64,000 nt of DNA from Candidatus Latescibacterota bacterium (GCA_965248755.1 OZ252149.1:3584001-3648000); one strand, 5' to 3'. Numbered from the stretch's first letter, positions 10,360 to 21,141 are shown. Translations and numbers: made by a program. Notes: generated by a model not told the origin, from the letters alone.

Positions 10360-10999
10360 TGTCTAAATGTCAGTAGCTAGCGTCCATGTTGAACAAATTG
10401 TTAGGTGACTTATAGTGGGTTCCTAAACGTAAGCGCAAGTTCGATCGCAAGCTGCAGATAACGCCTAGTTTGTCTGTTTGTGGGCTGGAAATCTCTCGCG
10501 TGGGCAGCTTCATTCCGAAGTACTCTTAGATCCTCGAAGAGCGGAAGAACCGTCTTGGCGTAATTACCTGTATTAATCAGGGAAATTGCTAATTTAAAAG
10601 GTGGAGCTCTACGGTTAACATCGACATCATATCTTGCGGCTGCCTCAATTAAGGCAGTCTCAACTTCGATCCAAGCTTCGAGAAGTGCAGCTCGCGGTGA
10701 TTCCTCAGATATGCGAAGTAACTGAGCGTATCTCTGATCATATGGTGATGGATAAATTGGTTCTTTGTGGGTTAGCTGTCGCTGTTTGGTTCCTTCGAGC
10801 GCTTGTTCCGCTTCTGCCTCAGCTGAAGCGAGCCCTCGCTCGAACTTAGCCTCTAGGTCTTTGTACTTAAGCTGACTCACACGTCCAAATAAGTCGCGTA
10901 TTTCCCCACGAAATAAATAGCCCAGCCAGATCACAACGATCGGCCAAGCTAGAGATTTGATTAACTGAACTACTAGATCCATGGAGGCAGTCACCTAAC
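10360..10999 (-). mobile_element. Integron-type gene cassette with truncated attC
   Basis: Core GTTAGGT just before the ORF; inverse core ACCTAAC followed by aatttgTTCAACatggac right after the stop. The two ends are perfectly complementary over 11 nt (GTTAGGTGACT/AGTCACCTAAC). Confidence 0.65.
10410..10982 (-). CDS. Hypothetical protein: N-terminal TM helix + HEPN-like domain
   Basis: Hydrophobic LAWPIVVIWLGYLF; R-x4-H motif LRNEAAH near the C-terminus. Confidence 0.6.
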   Translation of the reverse strand: MDLVVQLIKSLAWPIVVIWLGYLFRGEIRDLFGRVSQLKYKDLEAKFERGLASAEAEAEQALEGTKQRQLTHKEPIYPSPYDQRYAQLLRISEESPRAALLEAWIEVETALIEAAARYDVDVNRRAPPFKLAISLINTGNYAKTVLPLFEDLRVLRNEAAHARDFQPTNRQTRRYLQLAIELALTFRNPL

Positions 11000-11210
11000 T
11001 TTGTGTGTTTGCGAAGTGTTGAAGGCATACAGACAGACTGCAGGGGAAGATAAGAAAGAAAATAGTGGATGTCAATGAAAATTTTTCAATCCAAAACCAT
11101 TGTAGACTGCCCACTTTGTCTAAAGTGAGCAGTCTTGTAAATGACCAAAGATAGAATCGTCATTGCCGTCTAATGGATATATTTTAAATACGCTGTGAGC
11201 TTTTGTGAAG
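10997..11210 (-). repeat. Copy 2 of the promoter/attI-like module, directly upstream of the cassette
   Basis: TTGACA(11075-11070)-17 nt-TATCTT; palindrome TGCCCACTTT-gtct-AAAGTGAGCA; ends in CAAACACACAAAGTT. Confidence 0.75.
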
Positions 11211-11331
11211 AAGGGCTCAGAAGCTTATCTCATCAAGCCCGCGCTCGCGCCACTGGAACTGGTGGTCAAGCTGGTGGCGTGCCAGTCCAGGAATTCGAGA
11301 GAAATCTCGTGGACTTCGATCTGGGTGACCT

Positions 11332-12450
11332 TTATTGCCTGTTCCTTGTAGTGAAGCGGGACGCTCTGACCTGCGCTAATCCGTCAATCTCGGCATAGTA
11401 AGTCAGGAGTACAGTCCCGTCCGGCAAGGCGGTCAGATCCGGGGTGCCGAAGGTGAATCCGGGCAGGGCGTCCCACACGCTGTCCTTCTGATTCTGGTCG
11501 CCCACCTGCAGGGGCTGGGCCAGCATTCGCTTTTGATCCGCGTCCCACATCTGCAGGGACTCCTCCACCGGCCAGGTCTCCCCTCTGTCGCGTGACTGCC
11601 AGAGGCGGATACCCTGGGGAGGCCAGCGGTAATTGCTGGCCGCTAGTACGGTGTCGCCAGCTACGACCAGTGGCGCCGTGATCTGGCCCAGGTGGCCGAC
11701 TGGACGGGCTTTAGACCAGGTGCGGCCCTGGTCGTCGGACACAGAGCGGTGCACCTCTACGGTCTGCTCGTCGCTCTGGCGGAAGGTCCATAGCAGGGCC
11801 AGCATCTGGCCGTCGTCAAATAGGGCGAAACGGGCATCGCACAGGCTCAGCTGAGCGGTGGGATCGAAGACGCAGTCGTGCACCGGTTCGAGGGACTCCC
11901 CGTGGTCGGAGGAGAAGCTGGCGCACATGCCTAACTGGCCGCCTTCGTGGGGGCGCTCCCCGGGAATGAAGATCCGGCAGTCAGGCAGGAGCAGGGGTTT
12001 GGAGGCGCCGAAGGGTTTGCCAACAGTGGCTTCATCCACGTACTTGCATGGGTTCCACGAGCGGCCGCCATCCGTGCTCCTGGCCAGGGCTAACAGGCGG
12101 CGCTGAGTAAAGCCTTCCTCACTGAAGATGTAGACATCCGGTCTGGTGACCTCCACGATTCCAATGACAGCTAACAACGAACCGTCGCCGCACTTGCAGA
12201 GACCCCCGCTGACGGCCGCCTGAGGCGGATTCAGGTGTTGTCCCGCAACTACAGTCACTGGATCGGACCAGGTCCTTCCCAGATCGGTCGAGCGCTGTGA
12301 CACCAGGACGCCGTCGTAGGAGTGCTTCTGCTGCCCGCGCCGGTAGAGGCAGACGATGGAGCCGTCGGCGCCCAGCGTGGTCAACGGGTAGGCGCAGGTG
12401 AGCTCCCCGGAAGGCGAAACCCTCCGGTCGTGAAGGACTTCAACTTGCAT
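11332..12450 (-). CDS. BNR/Asp-box (sialidase-like) family protein
   Basis: Asp boxes RSTDLGRTW, RSTDGGRSW, SDDQGRTW, SRDRGETW. Confidence 0.85.
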   Translation of the reverse strand: MQVEVLHDRRVSPSGELTCAYPLTTLGADGSIVCLYRRGQQKHSYDGVLVSQRSTDLGRTWSDPVTVVAGQHLNPPQAAVSGGLCKCGDGSLLAVIGIVEVTRPDVYIFSEEGFTQRRLLALARSTDGGRSWNPCKYVDEATVGKPFGASKPLLLPDCRIFIPGERPHEGGQLGMCASFSSDHGESLEPVHDCVFDPTAQLSLCDARFALFDDGQMLALLWTFRQSDEQTVEVHRSVSDDQGRTWSKARPVGHLGQITAPLVVAGDTVLAASNYRWPPQGIRLWQSRDRGETWPVEESLQMWDADQKRMLAQPLQVGDQNQKDSVWDALPGFTFGTPDLTALPDGTVLLTYYAEIDGLAQVRASRFTTRNRQ

Positions 12451-12665
12451 GGTTGTTTCCTTTCTTTAAGTCCTGAGCGCCTCTTGGGGCCAAGCCTCTG
12501 TGCACACAGGCATCTATTTTTACCCTGGCTAAGTCTTGCATGTCAAGAGTTCCTCTGGGGAAGAAGGCTCCCAAGCTCCTCAGTTCCCACAGCTTCTGCA
12601 TTATGTGTTCCATGTAAGCGACTAGGTAAGCAACTGGATCGGCGTCAGTGCGATTCAGCCGTGAT

Positions 12666-13549
12666 TTAATTAGGAGGGAGACTCTGACCCTTGAGAGGGA
12701 GACTCTGACCCTGTCCTTTGCGGGCAATGGACTTTTCCAGCGCCTCCAGAACCGCCAGCAGTGCCAGCAGGATCTCCGCGGTCTGATCAGTTTTGCCGGT
12801 CCTGAACATCCGCACAAAGGAGCGAACTCCTGGAAGAAACATGCTCCCGTCAGGATCAATGCTCCGGTCGATGCGGCCTTTCTGGCCGATGAAGCTCAAA
12901 TGGAAAGCTGTCCCCCTCCCGATCAGGTTCATGGTGGCCAGCTTTCCGTCTTTGAAGGCCAGAGTGGCCACGTGATGTTTCCCGGTCCCTCTGCCGATTT
13001 GTGCATGGGTCACCTCGCGTCCGACCAGTTCCAGGATCATCTCCACCTGGTGGATACCGTAGAAGAAGATTCCTCCGTGCTTGGACTTGATGTCGCAGGG
13101 TCCGGTGGAGACCACTGCGTATATCTCTCCCAGCTTGCGCACCTGCTTTCTCAAATCCAAAAAGGAGGACTGCAAGGGCCTCACCGAATAGGAGCAGATT
13201 GGCACCCCCTGTTGGGCTGCCACGCCAGGAAGCGCTTGGCCTCGGACCTGGTACAGCAGAACGGCTTGTCGATGAAGAGCGGCATCCCGGCTTCCAGTAG
13301 GGGCCTGGCCGCTTGCAAGTGGTACTTCCCGTGGACGTGGGCCGCCAGAGCGGCGTCTACCACCCCGATCAAGTCCTTGGGCTCCTTAACGATATGGGGA
13401 ATCTGGCCGTCTGCCGCCGCCGCCCGCGCCTGAGAAGCAGTTTCCCCCCATACATGGTTCACCCGCACCCCGCGGATTCTCTTCCCCACGTTTATCAATC
13501 GGGCGAACGCCACGGTATGAGCGTCCCCGACAACGCCGATGTTCAACAT
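12666..13549 (-). pseudogene. Gfo/Idh/MocA oxidoreductase, frameshifted near 13222
   Basis: N-half MLNIGVVG...LFIDKPF is in one frame; C-half (FFYGIHQVE) is in another. Confidence 0.8.
12674..12711. repeat. 21-nt-period tandem repeat GAGGGAGACTCTGACCC x2
   Basis: Direct inspection; encodes the C-terminal GQSLPLKGQSLPPN. Confidence 0.8.
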
Positions 13550-13868
13550 GCTCAACTTCCAAGTACATCCTGCCCCAAGCCTACGCAAGTACGAAGTCTG
13601 GTTGTAGTCTATACCCCGGATGCAAAGGGGGTCCAGTCCTGCCCTGCAGCAGAAATGTAAATGTAAGATGGAATCTTCGTCACCATCCGTATGTGTAGAC
13701 CTTACCGGCAGGTCTCCGCTTGAACCCCGATTTAACTGGGGCTGGGGGATCAATCAAGCTGACGGCTCAGGCCTGGACTATTCTTTAAGCTTATGATTTT
13801 AGGCTCCCATGACTGTCCCCGACAGGGAGCCTGGCGCAGGCTTTAGTCCCTCTCAAGGCAGAGCGAGA

Positions 13869-14789
13869 TCAAGCCGAGACCACTTCTAAGATCCTCTTAA
13901 TCTTGTTTACTTCCTCGTCTGCAAGAGGCAGGAAAGGCCTTTTAACTGTGGGGCCGCAGATCCCAAGGCAAGAAAGAGCCGCTTTAACTCCGCCGATAGC
14001 CGATCCAGATGTCAACGTTCCAGAGACCTGTAGGATATCAAAGGCAGTCATCAACTTGTCCTGCAGAAGAGATGCCTTCTGGATGTCGCCGGCAGATGCC
14101 GCCTCATATATCTCCACAGACAGCTTTGGCGCCACATTATTTGCGGTCATCACCGCTCCATCCGCACCTAAAAGAATGCTGGCAGCAAGTTGAGACTCCT
14201 CCCCCTGGAAGACCTTGAAATCTTGCGAACCTCTAAACATTCGCAGCAGCTCCTGAAACTGCTCGAAGTCGTTGCTGCTGTCCTTTATCCCTACAATCCT
14301 GTCCTCCTCGGCTAATTGCCCAACAAAGTCTGGCGTCATGTTAAAATTCGTGGTAAATGGGTAGTTATACATGAATATCGGCAAATCCACGGCTGACAGA
14401 ACATCCCTGAAATGGCTTATCACCTCGGGCGCTGTATGCGTAAAATAGTATGGCACCATGAGAATGATGGCATCTGCCCCTGAGTCTGCGGCGATCCTGG
14501 CATTTTCTATCGTCTTTTTGGTGCCGATATCAGTTACGTTTGCCATGACCGGAACCTTGCCGCTTACTTCATCCACTACGACCTCTATGATCCGTTGTCG
14601 CTGAGCGGTCGTGAAGGTCGCAGACTCCCCAGTTGTCCCCAGCACGAAGAGTCCATGCACTCCAGCATCCAATAGATACCGAATCAAGCGTCTCATTCCC
14701 TGCTCATCAAATTCCTCATCCTCTGTAAGTGCTGTGGCTATGGGTGGATAAATCCCCTTCAACCTCGCTTTAAATTCTTCTAAATTCAT
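13869..14789 (-). CDS. Dihydrodipicolinate synthase (DapA-like) family lyase
   Basis: LGTTGE, YNYP, VGIKDSS. Confidence 0.9.
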   Translation of the reverse strand: MNLEEFKARLKGIYPPIATALTEDEEFDEQGMRRLIRYLLDAGVHGLFVLGTTGESATFTTAQRQRIIEVVVDEVSGKVPVMANVTDIGTKKTIENARIAADSGADAIILMVPYYFTHTAPEVISHFRDVLSAVDLPIFMYNYPFTTNFNMTPDFVGQLAEEDRIVGIKDSSNDFEQFQELLRMFRGSQDFKVFQGEESQLAASILLGADGAVMTANNVAPKLSVEIYEAASAGDIQKASLLQDKLMTAFDILQVSGTLTSGSAIGGVKAALSCLGICGPTVKRPFLPLADEEVNKIKRILEVVSA

Positions 14790-15110
14790 TGGTTACACCT
14801 CCCAATCGTTAATATCTCTCAGATCTCTGTATTTCGGTGCGATATCCGACGTTCGGATATGCAGCCTTCTGCTGAAAGATCACTGCCGGTGTCTCAGCAT
14901 TTTAGCCCTTGAATTTCAGTTCTCAGAACTTTAAGTTTATGTAAACTCCTGCACCAAAGGCCATTCGATTTCTGGCTTAGTTAATGCCGATTTTCGACCC
15001 CTTCGAAGAGCGTTTGGGCCAGGCGTTGAACTCGTTCTTGCCTGCCTCAATTCCATCTATAGACAGCGAAGCCAACACGCCCTATTTGTCTGTCGAACAT
15101 GTTCTTCCTC

Positions 15111-16340
15111 TTATTCCGGGGTCTCAAACTTCAGGCGTAGAATCTTGTCATCGTTTGGACGCAATTCGGCTCGTCCATCGGTGTTGCTGGTCAAAACGTA
15201 GAGATGGCCGTCCGGTCCAACGGTCACGTCACGCAGACGTCCGTAGATTCCGTTCTTCGGGTCGCGAGCAAACCAACGTTCGATATTCGTCACCTTGTAG
15301 TCTTCGTTATCGTCCTCAAACTGGATACGAATCAGTGCTTGACTTCGCAACGTGGCAACGAAGAGGTCTCCGCGGTAAAAGGTCATGCCGGCGGGAGGGA
15401 CAGAGGCTTTTTTCCACATCGCGATGGGATCCCGGTATTCAGCGATGCGAGGCGCGCCGACGACATTGGGCCAGCCGTAGTTGGCCCCTTTCTCAACGAT
15501 GTTGATCTCGTCGCGGTGTATGACGCCCGGCCATTCACCAGATGGTCCGTGTTCTGAGTTAAACATTACGTCCGTTTCGGGATCCCAGGCCAGGCCCTGG
15601 ACAACACGGTGTCCATAGGTAAAGATCGGGGAGCCTGGGAAAGGGTTATCTTCCGGAATCTGGCCTTCCGGTGTGATGCGAAGAATCTTTCCTGCCCATG
15701 AGTGGAGATCCTGGGAGAGCGGCTGGTTCCAGAGATCGCCAGTCCCGATATAGAGCATCCCATCTGGGCCGAATCCGATCCTGCCGCCAATGTGAATATT
15801 GTGACCAGGTATGTTGTCCAGAATAACGCTCTCAAGAGCACCCGTATCACCGTGATGGAGCAGGCGAATGACACGATTGACCAGTTGCTCATCCTTTTGA
15901 TAGGTATGCATAGCGTAAATGTAGGGATGCTGTGTAAATTGGGGATGCAGGGCCAATCCCATGAGTCCCGCATCGGCGACGTGGGCTACTTCATCGAGCT
16001 TGATGTAAAGCTGCGGCTGGCTCTCCCCACGGGGAATACGTTGAATCTGCCCGCGTCGCTCCGAAACAAGGGCATCGCCGTTTGGCAGGAAAACAAGTGA
16101 CCAGGGGATCTGCAGGTTCTGCACCCAGGTTTTGACGCTGACCCCTTCCACTTCTGGGTGGAAAACATCGGCCACGGTCTGCGGCACTTCTCCCCGGATG
16201 GGGTCACCGGAAACGCTGCTGGATAGGGACAGCGCTACCACGATAGCCACAACGTGCTGGAAGATGCTCCTGATTGATCCCCGATTGAGTCTATAGGGGG
16301 ACGGGGACAAGCGTGGGAAGTTGAGAAAACCTTTTTTCAT
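15111..16340 (-). CDS. PQQ-dependent glucose/sorbosone dehydrogenase family protein
   Basis: PWSLVFLP, HIGGRIGFGPDGMLY, GHRVVQGLAW, EHGP, GANYGWP, GRLRDV; GGAGG before ATG16340. Confidence 0.9.
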   Translation of the reverse strand: MKKGFLNFPRLSPSPYRLNRGSIRSIFQHVVAIVVALSLSSSVSGDPIRGEVPQTVADVFHPEVEGVSVKTWVQNLQIPWSLVFLPNGDALVSERRGQIQRIPRGESQPQLYIKLDEVAHVADAGLMGLALHPQFTQHPYIYAMHTYQKDEQLVNRVIRLLHHGDTGALESVILDNIPGHNIHIGGRIGFGPDGMLYIGTGDLWNQPLSQDLHSWAGKILRITPEGQIPEDNPFPGSPIFTYGHRVVQGLAWDPETDVMFNSEHGPSGEWPGVIHRDEINIVEKGANYGWPNVVGAPRIAEYRDPIAMWKKASVPPAGMTFYRGDLFVATLRSQALIRIQFEDDNEDYKVTNIERWFARDPKNGIYGRLRDVTVGPDGHLYVLTSNTDGRAELRPNDDKILRLKFETPE

Positions 16341-16435
16341 CGGAGGAACCTCCATTTCAACATTTGCCAGGATTTTCTTAAGAGTCAGCCCTCTAAATGT
16401 TGAGGGTTATTTTGGTATTCCGTCCTTATCTCACC

Positions 16436-17404
16436 TTATGAGGATAGAAAGACCCGGTGCCCCTCCTGGGCGGAGGCTTCCGCGGCCAGGCTGATGCGGA
16501 TGGCCTCCAGCGCTTGATGCATATCCTGGCGCCAGAGCGGCTCACCTCCCCTGATCTCCTCCAGGAACTGGGCTTCGAGGGAACGTCCATCTTCACGGGA
16601 GACCTGAAGTTCCTGCACACCCTCAGGAGTAGACCGAGACCAGCGCCCATCGCGACGGATCAGGGTGCCGCCTGTCAGCACAAGCCTCTGAAACTCTTCT
16701 GCCTCCTGGATCGCAATGCCGCCGGCCCACGTCCAGTGGCCCGATCCTCCCTGCGCGAATCCTACGGTCGCGGTATTGACAAACCGCTCGTAGCGCCCTG
16801 CTTGGTTCAATCCCACGTATTCCGCGTGGCCCTCCACCCATGCTGCCGGCCCGAAGAGGTCCACCAGCGGATAGATGTGGTAGATGAAAAAGAGCACAGG
16901 CGGTCCCGAAACGTTCAGATTGAACAGCGTGTCCGATCCTCGACCCGGCGTCAGCCGCACAAAGACCGCCGTCAGCAGGTCTCCCAGGGAGTTGACCTCC
17001 TCTTTGAGACTCTGGTGTACCGCCGAGAGGGTCTCGTCGTGCGCTACCCGCAGGACACATCCGGAGGTTCGGGCCAGATCCACCAGCCGTTCCCCTTCGT
17101 CCAGATGACGGGCGAGCGGGTACTCCAGCAACACGTGCTTTCCGGCTTCGAGCGCCGCAAGCGCCATAGGACCGTGGCTCTCGTTGTGGGTGCAGATGAG
17201 TACGGCGTCCACATCCTCCCGCGCTACGAGATCCCGCCAGTCGGTGAGCAGCCCTAGACCGTAGCGTTCGGCCAGCGGGGGTCCTGTCTCCGGGTTGCGG
17301 GCGGCAAGTGCCACCATCTCACATCCATCCAGGCGGGAAAATGCGCCCATCCTGCTGGTTGCCATCCCGCCGGAACCCACTATCCCGATTCGGATCCTTT
17401 CCAT
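16436..17404 (-). CDS. Gfo/Idh/MocA family oxidoreductase
   Basis: IGIVGSGG, AGKHVLLEYPLA. Confidence 0.9.
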   Translation of the reverse strand: MERIRIGIVGSGGMATSRMGAFSRLDGCEMVALAARNPETGPPLAERYGLGLLTDWRDLVAREDVDAVLICTHNESHGPMALAALEAGKHVLLEYPLARHLDEGERLVDLARTSGCVLRVAHDETLSAVHQSLKEEVNSLGDLLTAVFVRLTPGRGSDTLFNLNVSGPPVLFFIYHIYPLVDLFGPAAWVEGHAEYVGLNQAGRYERFVNTATVGFAQGGSGHWTWAGGIAIQEAEEFQRLVLTGGTLIRRDGRWSRSTPEGVQELQVSREDGRSLEAQFLEEIRGGEPLWRQDMHQALEAIRISLAAEASAQEGHRVFLSS

Positions 17405-17494
17405 AGATCTAGCCTCCTACTGATTTGAGCCAGAATCCATCACGCACCAAAGAGAAAGACTGCCAAGTCGGTTATCTGTCCTCTGGCAAGGATC

Positions 17495-20101
17495 CTACCT
17501 TATCAAGACCAGCTTCCTTGCCTGCACAAAACCATCCGCCTCCATCCGATACAGGTACACTCCGCTGGCAAGGCTCTCTCCATTGTCATCTTCAGTGTTC
17601 CAAACCACGGAGTGACTTCCTGCATCCATCTCCTTATCCACCAAGGTGGCCACCTTCTGCCCCATCATATTGAACACAGATATGTTGACGTTGCTCCGGA
17701 TCGGTAGATCGTAATGGACAACAGTCTCAGGGTTGAACGGATTAGGATAGTTCTGAGAGAGGGAGTGAGTCTCTGGTATGACAGCCAACGACAGCTCTGT
17801 CCGCTCGGTCACCGCCGGTATTAACCCTTCGTTGAGCTGGACATCGGTAACACTTATGAGGTCATCGCCCAGCTTGTCACCCACACCAGGTAAGATCTCA
17901 AACTCGATATAGGCTATGTCTCCACCGCCTTCTACTGGATCAACAGAGGCGAAGGCTATCCTAACCTTATCGTCCTGGATGTTACTCTGGAACATAAATG
18001 ACGATAGTAAATCCGAAGGAGACGCGCTCATCGCCCTCAACTTTGATGCGTCATAGCTTATAGATATATCCGCTCCGAGAACTCCTGACATATCGTCTAT
18101 GGAAATAGGAACACTTATGCCTTTTTCGGGTGCTTCAAAGCTATTGGGGACACTGACTACGCGCGGTGCGACATCTGCGATCTTCGCAAGACCATCGTGT
18201 CCGAGGAATGGGAGTCCTGGGATCAACTTTAGCAAGAACCGAAGAATGCGAGAAGCATCAAAGGATGTCACTTCTCCGTTACGAGTCACGTCACTGACCG
18301 CAAGGAATAGTTCTACATCCCCTCCGAAGAATTCGCCTATTATGTCCCTAATCTGGATTGAATGCATCAACACTAAAGCGGCGTCGAAAGCCCTAATCTC
18401 ACCGTTTCGGCTAACGTCTCCTACAAGTTCTACTGTGATACCACCGTCAAACTTAATCACAGGTGGAGCACCCTCGTTTATAATCACCTGATCTACGAAT
18501 ACATTGATCCTTTGACCAAATGAGATCTGAGGGTTCACTTGAAACACCGCAGATGCCAGGATACCTTTGGCAGTGTCAAAAAGAGGAAACGGAGAAGCAA
18601 AAACTATTATGACTTCGCCAGGTTCAGGGGAGCTAAAGCCAAAACCATCAGACAGAAAACTATGCGCAGTGTTCGGGAATGCTCGCAAGAACTGTAAAAT
18701 GGCGGGATTGAAACGAAGTATAATCTCGCCTGCTACTACATCTTGACCTGTCAGATCGGAGGCAAGAATAGGAACTACAGCCTGCCCTCCGGGAGTTGCA
18801 ATCTCTTCACCGACCCCAACACTGACTGAGATTGCTGTCTCGAACCCAGGAAGGCTATCTATGTGACTTTCTGCGCCAAGGTTATCCGTTGCTGTGATGT
18901 CCACATAGAAAACTCTGGGATGATCACCGGGAGTAACCCACGGCTCGCTTGCCCAGTATCCATCTGCCGGATTTCCGTCATCGTGTAGCCCATCGTCAAA
19001 AAGGGTCAAATGCACAGGGACAAAGGTCGCATCGTTCGGATCCCGCACTACAACATACACTGAGTCTATGCCATCTACATCAGTGACATGAGCGAAGACC
19101 ACTACAGAATACCCGAGTGGGACAAGCGGTCTGGAAACGGATACATCGGCTATACGAGGCTCAACATTAAGAAACTCAAATGCGTTAAATAGCGTGTCTG
19201 CCAAACCGTTAGGATTAATGACTATCAAGCTGACAGTTCCCGCAGGATGAGCAGGAGTTGTGATAGTAATGATGGTATCGGACAGTACGACTACCTCTGT
19301 TGCTGTACTATCGTCGAAAGTAACAGTCGCTCCACTCCGCAAAAAGCTCCCTGCTATTGTCAAAGGTGTACCGCCCAATTCTGTGCCAGAAATAGGGTTA
19401 ATAGATGTGACAACAGGAGGAGGAGGCATAGTAGAGAGATTCAACAATACTGATACATTACCGCTGCGCCAATTAGCCACAGCCAAGTCATTATCTCTAT
19501 CTCCATCTAAATCTGCACTGAATACTGATATGGGGCCATCCCCGGCGGTATAGTCCACCCTATTTGCGAATGTTCCATCTCCGTTGTTCAATAATATTGA
19601 CACAATATTAGGGCTGTTAAGATTAGCCACAGCTAAGTCGTTATCTCCATCTCCATCTAAATCCGCGCTGAATACTGAATAGGGATCAAACGCAACAGCA
19701 TAGTCTACCTTAGCTGCAAATGTACCATTCCCATTATTCATCAACACTGACACATTGTTGCCATCCCTACCAGCCACGGCTCTATTAGCCACAGCTAAGT
19801 CATTGTCCCCATCGTCATCTAAATCCACACTGAATACTGAATAGGGAGCATTCCCAACATAGTCCACTTTAGGTGCAAATGTTGCATCTCCATTATTCAA
19901 CAGTACTGATACATTATAGCTGTCAAAATTAGCCACAACCAAGTCCTTGTCTCCATCTCCATCCAAATCTGCACTGAATACTGATGTAGGATTATCTCCA
20001 ACAGCATAGTCCACCTTGGGTGCGAAAAGACCCTGTGCATAGGCAGGCGCATTCAGAGCGACCAACAGGATCAGAGCTGTATACAAGATTTCACGTCTCA
20101 T
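17495..20101 (-). CDS. Secreted protein: FG-GAP repeats + IPT/TIG + cohesin-dockerin-cohesin + FlgD-Ig/T9SS-A-like tail
   Basis: Signal peptide; ADLDGDGDNDLAVAN x4; LFDDGLHDD; GDVSRNGEIRAFDA/DVTRNGEVTSFDA dockerin; SQNYPNPFNP...LASGVYLYRM. Confidence 0.8.
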   Translation of the reverse strand: MRREILYTALILLVALNAPAYAQGLFAPKVDYAVGDNPTSVFSADLDGDGDKDLVVANFDSYNVSVLLNNGDATFAPKVDYVGNAPYSVFSVDLDDDGDNDLAVANRAVAGRDGNNVSVLMNNGNGTFAAKVDYAVAFDPYSVFSADLDGDGDNDLAVANLNSPNIVSILLNNGDGTFANRVDYTAGDGPISVFSADLDGDRDNDLAVANWRSGNVSVLLNLSTMPPPPVVTSINPISGTELGGTPLTIAGSFLRSGATVTFDDSTATEVVVLSDTIITITTPAHPAGTVSLIVINPNGLADTLFNAFEFLNVEPRIADVSVSRPLVPLGYSVVVFAHVTDVDGIDSVYVVVRDPNDATFVPVHLTLFDDGLHDDGNPADGYWASEPWVTPGDHPRVFYVDITATDNLGAESHIDSLPGFETAISVSVGVGEEIATPGGQAVVPILASDLTGQDVVAGEIILRFNPAILQFLRAFPNTAHSFLSDGFGFSSPEPGEVIIVFASPFPLFDTAKGILASAVFQVNPQISFGQRINVFVDQVIINEGAPPVIKFDGGITVELVGDVSRNGEIRAFDAALVLMHSIQIRDIIGEFFGGDVELFLAVSDVTRNGEVTSFDASRILRFLLKLIPGLPFLGHDGLAKIADVAPRVVSVPNSFEAPEKGISVPISIDDMSGVLGADISISYDASKLRAMSASPSDLLSSFMFQSNIQDDKVRIAFASVDPVEGGGDIAYIEFEILPGVGDKLGDDLISVTDVQLNEGLIPAVTERTELSLAVIPETHSLSQNYPNPFNPETVVHYDLPIRSNVNISVFNMMGQKVATLVDKEMDAGSHSVVWNTEDDNGESLASGVYLYRMEADGFVQARKLVLIR

Positions 20102-20279
20102 TATCAGGTCTCCCTTTCTATACCAACCAGATGTTGTTGTGGGGGCTCCGTCATCACGACCAGAGTAAGAATAAGACCCAGTTGTGACATCTGCAGTCAC
20201 AGTGCTCCACGACTCTGCCCTCTATTCTTTGTATGTCCGTAATGTAGAGTTTACGGACATACTTAAGCTCTCATCTCCG

Positions 20280-20465
20280 GCGAGGGATTGAAAAAATACT
20301 TGAGGCTCTCCTCGGACACATACCATTTAGTCCCCAACTTTTGTTCCTTGATCCTACCTTATTTAATGTACTTGCGAAGAGTAATCGGGGTTATGTCGAA
20401 AATCTTAGAGAGCTCTGATATTCAATAGAGCTCCATTCCTCACACCTTGATTGAAATAGCTACTC
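20280..20465 (-). pseudogene. Excisionase-like HTH remnant with internal stops
   Basis: Manual translation: MELY*ISELSKIFDITPITLRKYIK*GRIKEQKLGTKWYVSEESLKYFF. Confidence 0.6.
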
Positions 20466-20553
20466 ATCTCCTTTTATCACAAGGCTACAGGCGTTCAGCG
20501 CATCAACACCAACTTCTGGATATGCACCAATCCATTTGTCTCTAACGGTACAA

Positions 20554-21141
20554 CTATCCTGTCCTGCCGAAGTTATCCAGAAAGATCATAAAGTCGGATA
20601 GACCGATCTCTCCATCATTATCCAAGTCAAATGTAGAATCCCAATCGGCTGAACTGGTCGTTGACTCGAATCCTGCGGGAGTAGCGTGCGTGAACTGCAC
20701 ACTGGTAACCACCCCCGTGGTCTTACCTAACTCTTCGGCTCGCTGGACTATGTTTTTCAGCGGTACCCCGGCTGTATCCACGCCGATGGCACCATTATGG
20801 GTCTTGACGTCGGTCGCCATGGCGGTAGCCGCAGCTGCCGAATCGGTGGGTCTTTGAGGGTGATAATCGAACTGACTCCAGGCTTCTTGAGGGTCATAAC
20901 TGCCTCCGCTGGGGTAGGTGCACATGGCAAATTGTACTGGAAAGCGCTCGTACACCTGGACGCCTGTCTGACCATGCTGGTATATGCTCGCAGCATCAAC
21001 GTAATTGTAGCCCCAGCCATCGCAGATCAAGACAATAACGTTTGTGGGAACATTTGGGGCAGAGGCGCAGCCACAAGATCCAGCACAAATTGAGGAAGCA
21101 AAAACTATCGTTTTGAATAGGTTTTTTGCCCAATCTTTCAT
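20554..21141 (-). pseudogene. Internally deleted alkaline phosphatase fused to a half dockerin/EF-hand tail
   Basis: NVIVLICDGWG, TDSAAAATA, THATPAGF, then abruptly FDLDNDGEIGLSDFMIFLDNFG. Confidence 0.75.
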
